Below are positions 6,382-14,938 of a DNA stretch of 34,928 nt, piece by piece. How positions within the stretch are numbered: the first letter of the stretch is position 1; every line of letters starts with the position of its first letter. The stretch is from a virus. Both the position numbers and the translations under genes were made by a program. The notes under the pieces were generated by a model. The model searched no databases and was not told the DNA's origin. It worked only from the letters and a program-made list of their open reading frames with translations. The DNA lies in the IMG/VR virus record IMGVR_UViG_2773857672_000001, positions 1 through 34,928 of that record; one strand, 5' to 3'.

Positions 6382-7398
6382 ATGCGTAACGATACCCGTG
6401 CCCTGTACACCGCCTACCTGGCCCAAGTTGCTGCCCTGAGCGGCGTGTCCTCGGCGAGCGCCACCTTCGCTGTCGACCCCACCGTCCAGCAGAAGCTGGA
6501 AACCCGCATCCAGGAGTCCAGCGACTTCCTGAGCAAGATCAACATTATCGGCGTCGACGAGCTGCTCGGCCAAAAGGTCGGCCTGGGCGTCTCCGGCACC
6601 ATCGCCAGCCGTACCGATACCAGCGGCTCGGCCAGCCGGAATCCGCGCGACGTCTCCAGCACCGACAAGCAGGATTACAAGTGCGAGAAGACCGACTTCG
6701 ACACCGCGATCCCCTACTCGCTGCTGGACGCCTGGGCCAAGTTCCCGGACTTCCAGGCGCGCCTGCGTGACGCCATCGTCAAGCGCCAAGCCCTGGACCG
6801 CCTGATGATCGGCTTCAACGGCACCAGCGCGGCAGCCACCACCAACCGTGCGACCAACCCGCTGCTGCAGGACGTCAACATCGGCTGGCTGCAGCAGTAC
6901 CGCAATAACGCGCCCCAGCGCGTGCTGAAGTCCGGCAAGACCGCCGGCAAGATCGTGATCGGCACCGGCGCCGACGCCGACTACAACAACCTGGATGCCC
7001 TGGTCTTCGACGCGGTCAGCAACCTGATCGACCCCTGGTACCGCAAGGATCCGGGCCTGGTGGTGATCCTCGGTCGCGACCTGGTCCACGACAAGTACTT
7101 CCCCCTGGTCAACCGCGAGCAGGCACCCAGCGAGAAACTGGCCACCGACCTGATCCTGGCTCAGAAGCGCATGGGCGGCCTGCAGCCGGTCGAGGTCCCC
7201 TACTGCCCGGACAAGGGCATGCTCATCACCTCGCTCGAAAACCTGGCGATCTACTTCCAGACCGGTGGCCGCCGCCGCTTCGTCAAGGAAGCGCCGGAGA
7301 AGAACCGCATCGAGAACTACGAGTCGAGCAACGACGCCTACGTGATCGAGGACTACGGCTTCGGCTGCCTGATCGAAAACATCGAGACGGGCGTATAA
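6382..7398 (+). CDS. N: Major capsid protein (P2 gpN homologue)
   Basis: Extensive similarity to remembered P2 gpN (SSDFL..INI, NPLLQDV.IGWLQ.YRN.AP.RV, IDPWY, ENYES). Confidence 0.92.
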   Translation: MRNDTRALYTAYLAQVAALSGVSSASATFAVDPTVQQKLETRIQESSDFLSKINIIGVDELLGQKVGLGVSGTIASRTDTSGSASRNPRDVSSTDKQDYKCEKTDFDTAIPYSLLDAWAKFPDFQARLRDAIVKRQALDRLMIGFNGTSAAATTNRATNPLLQDVNIGWLQQYRNNAPQRVLKSGKTAGKIVIGTGADADYNNLDALVFDAVSNLIDPWYRKDPGLVVILGRDLVHDKYFPLVNREQAPSEKLATDLILAQKRMGGLQPVEVPYCPDKGMLITSLENLAIYFQTGGRRRFVKEAPEKNRIENYESSNDAYVIEDYGFGCLIENIETGV

Positions 7399-7401
7399 GC
7401 C

Positions 7402-8103
7402 ATGGCCACCTCTCCCGCGAAACGGCACTTCCTGGCAGCTGCAGCGGCACTCGCCGCTGCAGCAGTCGGGCCGGCCGACAGCATGGCGGGCCGTACCGTG
7501 TACGAACAGCAGCTGGCTCAGCTGCTGCAGGACCGGCTGCGACTCAAGCAGGTGCAATCCACCCAGGCCAAGGCCGAGCTTAAGCGGCACCTGCTTGGCG
7601 CCTATGCCGACTACGTCAGCGGCGTGCTCGAGGGCGGCAATGGCGCCCAGGACGAGGTGCTGGTCACCGTGATGATCTGGCGCATCGATGCCGGCGACTT
7701 CTGGGGCGCGCTCCACATCGCTGCCTACGTGCTCAAGCACGGCCTGGTGATGCCGGATCGCTTCGCCCGGACCACCGGCTGCCTGATCGCTGAAGAGGTG
7801 GCCACCGCCGCCCTCAACGCCCAGAAAGCTGGCCAGCCGTTCGAGCCGGACCTGCTGTTCTACACCGAGGCACTCACCGTCGAGCAGGACATGCCCGACG
7901 AGGCGCGCGCAAAGCTCTTTCTCGCCATCGGGCGGGCCTACATGGAGGGCATCGACGACGAACGCCCGGGCGCCGAAGGCCAGCTGGCCCGCGGCATCAC
8001 CGCCCTGCAGCGAGCCATCAGCCTGCACGACCGCTGCGGCGGCAAGAAAGACCTGGAACGGGCCGAGCGCCTGGCCAAGAAACATGCCGCCCCTGGCGGC
8101 TAA
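7402..8103 (+). CDS. M: Terminase small / endonuclease subunit (P2 gpM homologue)
   Basis: MATSPAKRH..., TVYEQQL, GAQDEVLVTVMIWRIDAGD and DMPDEARAKL parallel P2 gpM. Confidence 0.88.
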   Translation: MATSPAKRHFLAAAAALAAAAVGPADSMAGRTVYEQQLAQLLQDRLRLKQVQSTQAKAELKRHLLGAYADYVSGVLEGGNGAQDEVLVTVMIWRIDAGDFWGALHIAAYVLKHGLVMPDRFARTTGCLIAEEVATAALNAQKAGQPFEPDLLFYTEALTVEQDMPDEARAKLFLAIGRAYMEGIDDERPGAEGQLARGITALQRAISLHDRCGGKKDLERAERLAKKHAAPGG

Positions 8104-8205
8104 CCGAGCGGTCCCCCGCAACCCCGCCGGCTCGAGGCGGATCGGCCAGGCCTAGCCTGGAACCGTGAAGCCCCGACCACCGGCGACCCATTCGAGAGCA
8201 GCACC

Positions 8206-8667
8206 ATGAGCGGATTCGTTGCAGGCGGCACCGTCGCCAGCGGTCAGGTGGTGTCCGACCCTTTCTGGCCGGCGATCGAGCTGGACCAGGTCCGCGCGCG
8301 GTTGCGGATCGACAGCAGCGTCACCACGGAAAAGCTCAAGGCCGCCGTGATCGCCGCAGCCATCACCGTCAACCGCGAGCTCGCCGGCTACCGCTTCGCC
8401 CAGGCCACCAGCGGCTACGCCACCCTGGCCGCCGTGCCCGGGCTGCTGGTCGACGGCGTCAGCGAGCGTGCCCACCTCTACCTGCGTGCGATCGATGCTG
8501 CCACCGCGGCCGAGGTCGCCGAGCGGTACCGCAGCTACGACAGCACCGCCAAGGGCGACAAGGACGCCGAGGCGGAGACCCCCACCATCGACGACTACCG
8601 CCGCGATCAGCGCTGGGCCATCCGCGACTTCCTGGGCCTGGCCCGGACCACCGTGGAGCTCATCTGA
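8206..8667 (+). CDS. L: Head completion/stabilisation protein (P2 gpL homologue)
   Basis: Position after gpM, 153 aa, N-terminal FWPAIELDQVRARLRID typical of the gpL family. Confidence 0.8.
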   Translation: MSGFVAGGTVASGQVVSDPFWPAIELDQVRARLRIDSSVTTEKLKAAVIAAAITVNRELAGYRFAQATSGYATLAAVPGLLVDGVSERAHLYLRAIDAATAAEVAERYRSYDSTAKGDKDAEAETPTIDDYRRDQRWAIRDFLGLARTTVELI

Positions 8668-8891
8668 TGGCCACCGTCGTGCGCGCCCAGCAAGGCGACA
8701 CCCTGGACCGGATCTGCCTGCGGCACTACGGGCGCACCCAGGACGTCACCGAGACCGCGCTCGAAGCCAACCCGGGCCTGGCGGAGCTGGGCCCCATCCT
8801 GCCGATCGGCACCCCAATCACCCTGCCAGACGCCCCCGCCCAGGTCTCTGCCGGCATCGCCGCGCAGCAGCCGGTCAGCCTCTGGGACTAG
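8667..8891 (+). CDS. X: Tail protein X (P2 gpX homologue, LysM-like)
   Basis: 74 aa with GDTLDRICLRHYG. ATGA overlap with gpL. Confidence 0.8.
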   Translation: MATVVRAQQGDTLDRICLRHYGRTQDVTETALEANPGLAELGPILPIGTPITLPDAPAQVSAGIAAQQPVSLWD

Positions 8892-8903
8892 ATGAGAAAC
8901 ATC

Positions 8904-9218
8904 ATGCCTGACCGTCCTGACTCCTGGGCCTGGTTCGCCACCTGGCTCGAACACAACTGGCCCGCCCTCTACGCCGCCATGGTCGCCTGCGTCATCGCGG
9001 GCCTCCGGATCGCCTACAGCGGCGGCACCCTGCGCCGCGTGCTGCTCGAGGCGCCCCTCTGCGGCGCCCTGGCCCTGGCCGCAAGCCACGGCCTCTCCCT
9101 GCTGGGCATCCCTGCCAGCACCGGCCCCTTCTGGGGCGGAATCATCGGACTGCTGGGCGTCGAGGGCACTCGCGCCGCGGCTAAACGCTTCGTCGAACGC
9201 AAGGTAGAAACGCAATGA
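8904..9218 (+). CDS. Holin (three hydrophobic segments)
   Basis: Position between X and the endolysin. Hydrophobic helices ALYAAMVACVIAGL, LCGALALAA and FWGGIIGLLGV with a charged C-terminus. The start was chosen at the ATG preceded by GAGAAACATC. Confidence 0.65.
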   Translation: MPDRPDSWAWFATWLEHNWPALYAAMVACVIAGLRIAYSGGTLRRVLLEAPLCGALALAASHGLSLLGIPASTGPFWGGIIGLLGVEGTRAAAKRFVERKVETQ

Positions 9219-10039
9219 ACCAGCCCAAGATCCTGATCATCGGCGCCCACGGCCTGGCCGTGCGCGACCTGCAGAAAGCCCTGGCTGCGGCCGGCTTCAC
9301 CGTCGACCTGGACGGCGACTATGACGAAGCCACCGAGCAGGCCGTCGAAGCCTTCCAGCGCTCGGTCGGCCTGGTGGCCGATGGCATCGCCGGCCCCAAG
9401 ACCTTCGCCGCCCTGCTCGGCAAGCGCGATCCACTACACCTGGGCTTTGCCGACCTCGAGCGCGCCGCCAAGACCCTGGGCGTCCCCGTCGCGGCCGTCC
9501 AGGCGGTCAATGAGGTCGAGTCCAAGGGCGAAGGCTTCCTGGACAACGGCAAGGTGGTGATCCTGTTCGAGCGCCACGTCTTCTACCAGCGCCTGGTCAA
9601 GGCCCAGGGCCAGGCCGAGGCCGATCGCCTGGCAGCCCTCAACCCGAACCTGATCAACCCGAAGTCCGGCGGCTACGCCGGCGGCGCGGCCGAGTGGCAG
9701 CGTTTGACCTCGGCCCGGCAGATCGACGAGGCCTGCGCGCTGGAGTCGTGCAGCTGGGGCCTGTTCCAGGTCATGGGCTACCACTGGCAGGGCCTGGGCT
9801 ATGCCAACGTCCAGGACTTCGTCACCCGCATGCAGGCCAGCGAAGCCGAGCAGCTCGAAGCCTTCGTCCGCTTCGTCAAGGCGGAGCCCGCGCTGCTCAA
9901 GGCGCTCAAGGCTGGCAAGTGGGCGGACTTCGCTCGCGGCTACAACGGCCCGGCCTACGCCCGCAACCTCTACGACGTGAAGCTCGAGCGCGCCTTCGCC
10001 CGCTACAGCGCCGCCGCCCCGGCTAAGGACGCCGCATGA
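9215..10039 (+). CDS. Endolysin: peptidoglycan-binding domain plus N-acetylmuramidase-like (DUF3380-type) domain
   Basis: N-terminal LQKALAAAGF..DGDYDEATEQAVEAFQ..GLVADGIAGPKTFAAL (PG_binding_1). C-terminal ESKGEGFL...ILFERHVFY...WGLFQVMG motif set. Confidence 0.8.
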   Translation: MNQPKILIIGAHGLAVRDLQKALAAAGFTVDLDGDYDEATEQAVEAFQRSVGLVADGIAGPKTFAALLGKRDPLHLGFADLERAAKTLGVPVAAVQAVNEVESKGEGFLDNGKVVILFERHVFYQRLVKAQGQAEADRLAALNPNLINPKSGGYAGGAAEWQRLTSARQIDEACALESCSWGLFQVMGYHWQGLGYANVQDFVTRMQASEAEQLEAFVRFVKAEPALLKALKAGKWADFARGYNGPAYARNLYDVKLERAFARYSAAAPAKDAA

Positions 10040-10242
10040 TCACCATGGATGCTGCGCAGCGCATCAAACCGGTCGACGGCGACGTCTTCGTCTTGCCGGC
10101 CGGTGCCTCGATCGAGGACGCGGAGCACCTGGCCGAAGCCATCCAGGCCGCAAAGCCAGGGGTCCGCGCCGTCGTCGTAATGGGTGACCTCGAGCACCTG
10201 GACCAGGCGGCCATGGGCCGTGCTGGCTGGTACCGCCGATGA
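10036..10242 (+). CDS. Hypothetical small protein in the lysis cassette
   Basis: 68-aa ORF translationally coupled (ATGA) on both sides. No recognisable motif. Confidence 0.5.
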   Translation: MITMDAAQRIKPVDGDVFVLPAGASIEDAEHLAEAIQAAKPGVRAVVVMGDLEHLDQAAMGRAGWYRR

Positions 10243-10673
10243 TCAGCTGGAAGGAGAAGGCGCTCTTCGCGCTCGCCCTGGCCCTGACGATCGCCGTGCT
10301 GTGCCTGACCCTCTATGCGCAGGGCCTGCGCATCGACCAGGCCAACCAGAAGCGCGAGGCGGCCGAGGACCAGGTCACCCAGCTGACCGGCGAGCGCGAC
10401 CACCTCACGGCCACCCTCACCGAGCAGCGGGCCGCCCAGGCCCAGCTGCAGACCACCCAAACCGACCTGCGCCGCGAGATCGATGTCCGCAAGCGCCGGA
10501 TCCAGGAGCTCGAAAATGAAAACGCTGAACTCAGGGCGTGGGCTGGCCAGCCTCTGCCTGCTGCTGCTCGCCGGCTGCGCCAACGGCCCGTCCTCACCGG
10601 CGCCACGGCTTACCGTGAATGGCTGTCCAGTGGTAACGCGCTGCCAGCTGCCGTCGACCGCCCCGCGCAATAA
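10239..10673 (+). CDS. i-spanin (Rz/LysB-like)
   Basis: N-terminal TM helix LFALALALTIAVLCLTLY followed by a charged coiled-coil region. Located in the lysis cassette. Confidence 0.75.
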   Translation: MISWKEKALFALALALTIAVLCLTLYAQGLRIDQANQKREAAEDQVTQLTGERDHLTATLTEQRAAQAQLQTTQTDLRREIDVRKRRIQELENENAELRAWAGQPLPAAARRLRQRPVLTGATAYREWLSSGNALPAAVDRPAQ

Positions 10674-10773
10674 CGGCGAGCTCCTGGACGATAGCGAGGC
10701 GCTGGAAGCGGCCTGGGCCGACTGCGCCGCCCAGGTCGATATGGTCTATGACGCCCAGCAGGCCCACCCATGA
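10516..10773 (+). CDS. o-spanin (Rz1/LysC-like lipoprotein), overlapping the i-spanin in another frame
   Basis: MKTLNSGRGLASLCLLLLAGC has a lipobox (LLAGC) and is Pro-rich after the Cys. SD GGAG at 10505-10508. Overlaps the 3' end of 10239-10673. Confidence 0.75.
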   Translation: MKTLNSGRGLASLCLLLLAGCANGPSSPAPRLTVNGCPVVTRCQLPSTAPRNNGELLDDSEALEAAWADCAAQVDMVYDAQQAHP

Positions 10774-11300
10774 ACAAGCCCGAGAGCCTGCGCGCTCACC
10801 TGCTCACCGCCGTGCCGGAGCTGCGCCACAGCCCTGACCGGTTGCTGGTCTTCATCGACAAGGGCAAGTTGCGCTGCACCGCCGCGGCCAGCCTGTCCTG
10901 GGAGTACGGCTACGAGTTGCAGATCATCCTCACCGACTTCGCCGGCCACCCGGACGCCGTGATGCTGCCGCTGCTGGCCTGGGTCCGGACGAACCAGTCC
11001 GAGCTGCTGGCCAACCTGGACAAGTCCGCCCAGGGGATCGGCTTCGAGGCCGACATCCTGGACAATTCCAAGGTGGATCTGGCGATCACCCTCCCGCTCA
11101 CCGAGCGAGTGATCGTGAAACGCCAGCCGGACGACACCTACCAGCTGAGCCACGTGCCCGAGTCCCAATACACCGAGTACCAGGAGCCGGCCACCTGGCA
11201 GGTCTTCGCCGGCGACGATCTGCTGGCCGAATGGCAATCCGTATCCGCGGGCGACGCCCTCGCCCTGGAAACACCGCACCCAGGCCGCAGCCGTGGCTGA
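10770..11300 (+). CDS. R: Tail completion protein (P2 gpR homologue)
   Basis: Synteny after the lysis genes, 176 aa, ATGA coupling. Confidence 0.75.
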   Translation: MNKPESLRAHLLTAVPELRHSPDRLLVFIDKGKLRCTAAASLSWEYGYELQIILTDFAGHPDAVMLPLLAWVRTNQSELLANLDKSAQGIGFEADILDNSKVDLAITLPLTERVIVKRQPDDTYQLSHVPESQYTEYQEPATWQVFAGDDLLAEWQSVSAGDALALETPHPGRSRG

Positions 11301-11742
11301 CCTCGAGGCGCTGGAGACTTGGCTCTCGCCGCTGCTACAGAAGCTCGACGGTCGCGGCCGGGCCCAACTGGCCCGCAAGGCAGCTCAGCAGCTGCGCCGC
11401 GGTCAGCAGCAGCGGATCCGCGCCCAGGTGAACCCGGATGGCTCACCGTTCGAGGCGCGCAAGCCGCGGGATCTGCGTGGCAAGAAGGGACGGATCAAGC
11501 GGCGCATGTTCGAGAAGCTAAAGATGGCGCGCTACCTCAAGGCTAAGGGCACGCCGCAACAGGCGGTGATCGGCTTCGCCGGCCGCGTCTCCCGCATCGC
11601 CCGCGTCCACCAGTACGGCCTGAAAGACCGCGCCGAACGCGGAGCCCCCGAGGTCCGCTACCCCCGCCGCGAGCTGATCGGCCTTACTGAAAACGATTTG
11701 AAACTGCTGAGAGATGATCTGCTAGATGGATTGATCTCTTGA
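11293..11742 (+). CDS. S: Virion morphogenesis / tail completion protein (P2 gpS homologue)
   Basis: GTG start overlapping the end of gpR. Typical N-terminus LE.L..WL.PL and NPDGSPF. The last ~17 codons lie in AT-rich DNA. Confidence 0.78.
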   Translation: MADLEALETWLSPLLQKLDGRGRAQLARKAAQQLRRGQQQRIRAQVNPDGSPFEARKPRDLRGKKGRIKRRMFEKLKMARYLKAKGTPQQAVIGFAGRVSRIARVHQYGLKDRAERGAPEVRYPRRELIGLTENDLKLLRDDLLDGLIS

Positions 11743-12480
11743 GTACAACTCGTCAGGAGGTGTCAGCACCTTCCTGACGTATTGCCCATCTCCATCAAGA
11801 AACTTAGAAAGCCGGGCAGCTTCCACTAACTTTTTACCCGTTGGAGTTATAGCAACAATGCCCTCATATGTTCCTCTACCCACCAACAGAGACATTCCGC
11901 GTAGCTCGCCAATCTGCACAGCTATAACTCGGTCTCTCTCTATTATGTGGCGGAGATCATTGTCCCGCCAAACCTCGCCAAGCTCATCAAACGCTGCAAG
12001 AATCAGGAGATGCCGATAGGTAAGCCTGTCAATGCAAGATAGCATCCAAGACGCATCATCTGCGGCTATTGAGGTGTCAAAGGCTACAGACGCAAGAAGC
12101 TCACCTAACACCAGGACCTTTTGCTCTTCATATTGAAGCTTCGCTTTAGTAAGCACGCCATCAAGTATTGTTTGGGCTTTAGGTATTGACCCAGTCGGCG
12201 TCCGGAAGAAATCATCGTCCCTTAGCTCCTCGCCACTCGCGATTCTTTCTTTTATTCGCGCTGCACCTACCGCTACCGCACTAATACTTCTGACTTCTTC
12301 TCGGTTTGACATCGTCCGCTGCACGAAATCGACCAACGCCTGAGTTATAGCGACCCCAGCCTGAGCCAAAACACCTCCGCTCACATCTCCAACCGCTGTG
12401 GCAAGCATCGGCCCTGCTCCAGCGCCGGCAAGTTCGGCGCCACGCCTTATGATTTCTGGCAGTTTGCTCTTCGCATCCAT
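11722..12480 (-). CDS. Hypothetical 252-aa protein, antisense low-GC moron at the S/V junction
   Basis: ATG at 12480 with SD GAGGAA. N-terminal Gly/Ala-rich hydrophobic segment (GAELAGAGAGPMLATAVGDVSGGVLAQAGVAIT). C-terminal part resembles a winged helix (LTYRHLLILAAF...IGELRGMSLLVGRG..IVAITPTGKKLVE). The 3' end overlaps gpS by 21 bp. Confidence 0.7.
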   Translation of the reverse strand: MDAKSKLPEIIRRGAELAGAGAGPMLATAVGDVSGGVLAQAGVAITQALVDFVQRTMSNREEVRSISAVAVGAARIKERIASGEELRDDDFFRTPTGSIPKAQTILDGVLTKAKLQYEEQKVLVLGELLASVAFDTSIAADDASWMLSCIDRLTYRHLLILAAFDELGEVWRDNDLRHIIERDRVIAVQIGELRGMSLLVGRGTYEGIVAITPTGKKLVEAARLSKFLDGDGQYVRKVLTPPDELYSRDQSI

Positions 12481-12512
12481 GACTTTTCCTCTGGTTAGCT
12501 GGCACACACATT

Positions 12513-12531
12513 TGTAGCAGGCCTAGCTACA
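12513..12531. promoter_or_regulatory. Late-promoter dyad upstream of gpV (TTGTAGC-N7-GCTACAA)
   Basis: TGTAGCAGGCCTAGCTACA, with (CG)5 at 12551-12560. The dyad centre is 57 nt upstream of the V ATG. Confidence 0.6.
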
Positions 12532-12578
12532 ACTCTAGCTGGCTGCACCACGCGCGCGCGGTCGCCATTCTCCGCGGC

Positions 12579-13136
12579 ATGACCGATATCGCCGCCCTCT
12601 CCCGCCTCATCGAGAACCTGATCCGCCTCGGCACCATTGCCGAGGTCGACCATGGCAGTCTCCCAGACAAGCGCCCTGCCCGCGTTCGGGTTCAGAGCGG
12701 CGCCTTGCTGACCGGCTGGCTGCCCTGGACCGCCCTGCGCGCCGGCACCACGCGCGACTGGGATCCGCCCACCGTGGGCGAGCAGGTCCTGGTCCTGAGC
12801 CCCAGCGGCCAGACCGCCCAGGGCATCGCCATCGGCGGCCTGTTCAGCGCCCTCATTCCTGCCAACGGCGATCGCGCCGGCCTGCACCGCCGCACCTACC
12901 CGGACGGCGCCGTCGTCGAGTACGACAGCGAAGCCCACCAGCTGCTGGCCACCCTGCCCGCCGGCGGCCGGGTCGAAATCGTCGCCCCGGGCGGTTTTAA
13001 GCTGCAGGGCGACGTGGACATAGACGGCCTGGTGACCGTGACCCGCGACGTCGTCGCCGCCGGCATCAGCCTGGTTAAGCACCCGCACGGGGGCGTCCAG
13101 GTTGGCAACGCCCAGACCGGAGCGCCCACACCATGA
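12579..13136 (+). CDS. V: Baseplate assembly protein / spike (P2 gpV homologue)
   Basis: N-terminus L..L.NLIR.GTI.EVD and RVRVQSG..LT.WLPW parallel P2 gpV. Confidence 0.88.
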   Translation: MTDIAALSRLIENLIRLGTIAEVDHGSLPDKRPARVRVQSGALLTGWLPWTALRAGTTRDWDPPTVGEQVLVLSPSGQTAQGIAIGGLFSALIPANGDRAGLHRRTYPDGAVVEYDSEAHQLLATLPAGGRVEIVAPGGFKLQGDVDIDGLVTVTRDVVAAGISLVKHPHGGVQVGNAQTGAPTP

Positions 13137-13480
13137 TGAGCCGCGCAACGGGCCTGGCCGTCACCGAGCTCGAAGAGCTCCAGCAGTCGGTCGGCGACAT
13201 CCTCACCACGCCGATCGGCACCCGCGTGATGCGCCGCCCCTATGGCTGCGACCTGTTCAGCCTGATCGATCAACCGTTCAACGACGCCACCGCGCTGCAG
13301 GCCAAGGCCGTGGCCGTGATCGCCCTCATGCGCTGGGAGCCGCGGCTCAACCTCACCCGCATCGCGCTCACCCTGGGCGACGCCCCGGGCCAGGCCTTCG
13401 TTGACCTGGAGGGCTACAGCACCGTCACCAACGCCGCCGTCAGCCTGCGCGCCCCCCTGGTCTTTGGAGGCCTCGCATGA
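13133..13480 (+). CDS. W: Baseplate wedge protein (P2 gpW / gp25-like)
   Basis: 115 aa, synteny, and the GPW_gp25-type motif I...L.TP.G.R.M.P.YG. Confidence 0.82.
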   Translation: MMSRATGLAVTELEELQQSVGDILTTPIGTRVMRRPYGCDLFSLIDQPFNDATALQAKAVAVIALMRWEPRLNLTRIALTLGDAPGQAFVDLEGYSTVTNAAVSLRAPLVFGGLA

Positions 13481-14379
13481 TCGACCTTTCCCTCCTGCCG
13501 TTGCCCGACGTCGTCGAGTCCCTGGACTTCGAGACCCTGCTGGCCGCCCGCAAGGCCCGCCTGGTCAGCCTGTACCCGGCTGCCGAGCAGGCCAATATCG
13601 CCGCGCGCCTGGAGCTGGAGTCGCAGCCGCTGAACAAGCTGCTCCAGGAGAACACCTACCGCGAGCTCATCCTCCGCCAGCGCATCAACGATGGCGCCAA
13701 GGCGGTGATGCTGGCCTACGCCACCGGTGCGGACCTGGAGAACGTCGCTGCCTGGTACGGCGTCCAGCGCCTGCTGGTGACGCCGGCCGACAACAGCGTC
13801 ACCCCGGCCATCCCCGCCGTCTATGAGACGGACGAGCGCCTGCGGTACCGGACCCAGCTCGCCCTGGAAGGCTTCACCACCGCCGGACCGCGTAACGCCT
13901 ACCGCTACCACGCGCTGTCCGCCTCGGCCAAGGTCAAGGACGTAGCCATCCTGCGTCCCATCCAGGGCACCGTGCGGGTCGTGGTCCTGAGCACTGAGGG
14001 CGACGGCACGCCAAGCGCCACGCTGCTGGCCACCGTGGCCGCGGCGCTCAACGACGAAGACGTCCGGCCGCTTTGCGACACCGTCGAAGTGGTCGCCGCT
14101 GAGATCCTGCCCTACCAAGTGGCAGCCACCCTGGTCTTCTACAGCGGACCGGACATGGCGGTCGTGGAGGCCGCCGCCCTGGCCAAGGCGAAGGCCTACG
14201 TAGCCGAGCGCCATGCCATGGGCCAGGACGTCTCCCGCTCGGGCCTGTTCGCCGCGCTGCATCAGAGCGGCGTGCAGAACGTGATCCTGGCCAGCCCGGC
14301 GACCGACCTCGAGGTCGCCCAGGACCAAGCCGCCTACTGCACCGGCATCACCCTGAGCCAGGGCGGCACCGATGAGTAG
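13477..14379 (+). CDS. J: Baseplate protein J
   Basis: 300 aa, synteny V-W-J-I, coupled starts. Confidence 0.82.
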   Translation: MIDLSLLPLPDVVESLDFETLLAARKARLVSLYPAAEQANIAARLELESQPLNKLLQENTYRELILRQRINDGAKAVMLAYATGADLENVAAWYGVQRLLVTPADNSVTPAIPAVYETDERLRYRTQLALEGFTTAGPRNAYRYHALSASAKVKDVAILRPIQGTVRVVVLSTEGDGTPSATLLATVAAALNDEDVRPLCDTVEVVAAEILPYQVAATLVFYSGPDMAVVEAAALAKAKAYVAERHAMGQDVSRSGLFAALHQSGVQNVILASPATDLEVAQDQAAYCTGITLSQGGTDE

Positions 14380-14938
14380 CGTCCTGCTGCCACCCACCAG
14401 CCTGCCCATGGAGCGTGCGATCGCCGCCAGCGGCGCCAGCATCGATGCCCTGCCGGTCCCGCTCCGTGATCTGTGGAATCCCTGGAAGTGCCCGGCCGCG
14501 GTGCTGCCCTGGCTGGCCTGGGCGGTGTCGGTCGATGACTGGGACGCCAACTGGGGCGAGGACGCCAAGCGCCAGATCATCGCCGATTCCGTCACTGTCC
14601 ACCGGCACAAGGGCACCCGCGGCGCCGTCCGCCGCGCCCTGACCAACCTGCTCGGCTCCGAAGCTTTCACCCTCATCGAGGGCGCCACTGGTGGCCTCTA
14701 TGACGGCAGCCGCTCCTACAACGGCGACAACTTCTACGGCCACGACGAGCACTGGGCCAAGTACAGCGTGTACGTCACCCAGCCCATTAGCGTGGCCCAG
14801 GCCGCGCGGATCCGCCAAACCCTCGCCGACGTCGCCCCGGCGCGCTGCGAGCTCATTGCCCTCAACTTCACCGCTGCGCTCAACGATCACAGCGGCACCT
14901 TCCGTTACGACGGGACCTTCACCTACGGAGTCGCTTGA
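14372..14938 (+). CDS. I: Tail protein I
   Basis: 188 aa. LLPP..., LWNP..CP...LPWLAWA.SVD.W and HR.KGT are typical of gpI. Confidence 0.82.
   Translation: MSSVLLPPTSLPMERAIAASGASIDALPVPLRDLWNPWKCPAAVLPWLAWAVSVDDWDANWGEDAKRQIIADSVTVHRHKGTRGAVRRALTNLLGSEAFTLIEGATGGLYDGSRSYNGDNFYGHDEHWAKYSVYVTQPISVAQAARIRQTLADVAPARCELIALNFTAALNDHSGTFRYDGTFTYGVA

Noticed and set aside
6316-8121. 601-aa antisense ORF across the capsid and small-terminase genes. Similar long antisense ORFs occur at 3599..5344, 13414..14688, 15682..17463, 28362..30191 and 30924..32024.
   Set aside because: These are shadow ORFs typical of >60% GC DNA. They have low-complexity Ala/Gly/Arg/Leu composition. The opposite strand carries genes with clear P2-family similarity and translational coupling.
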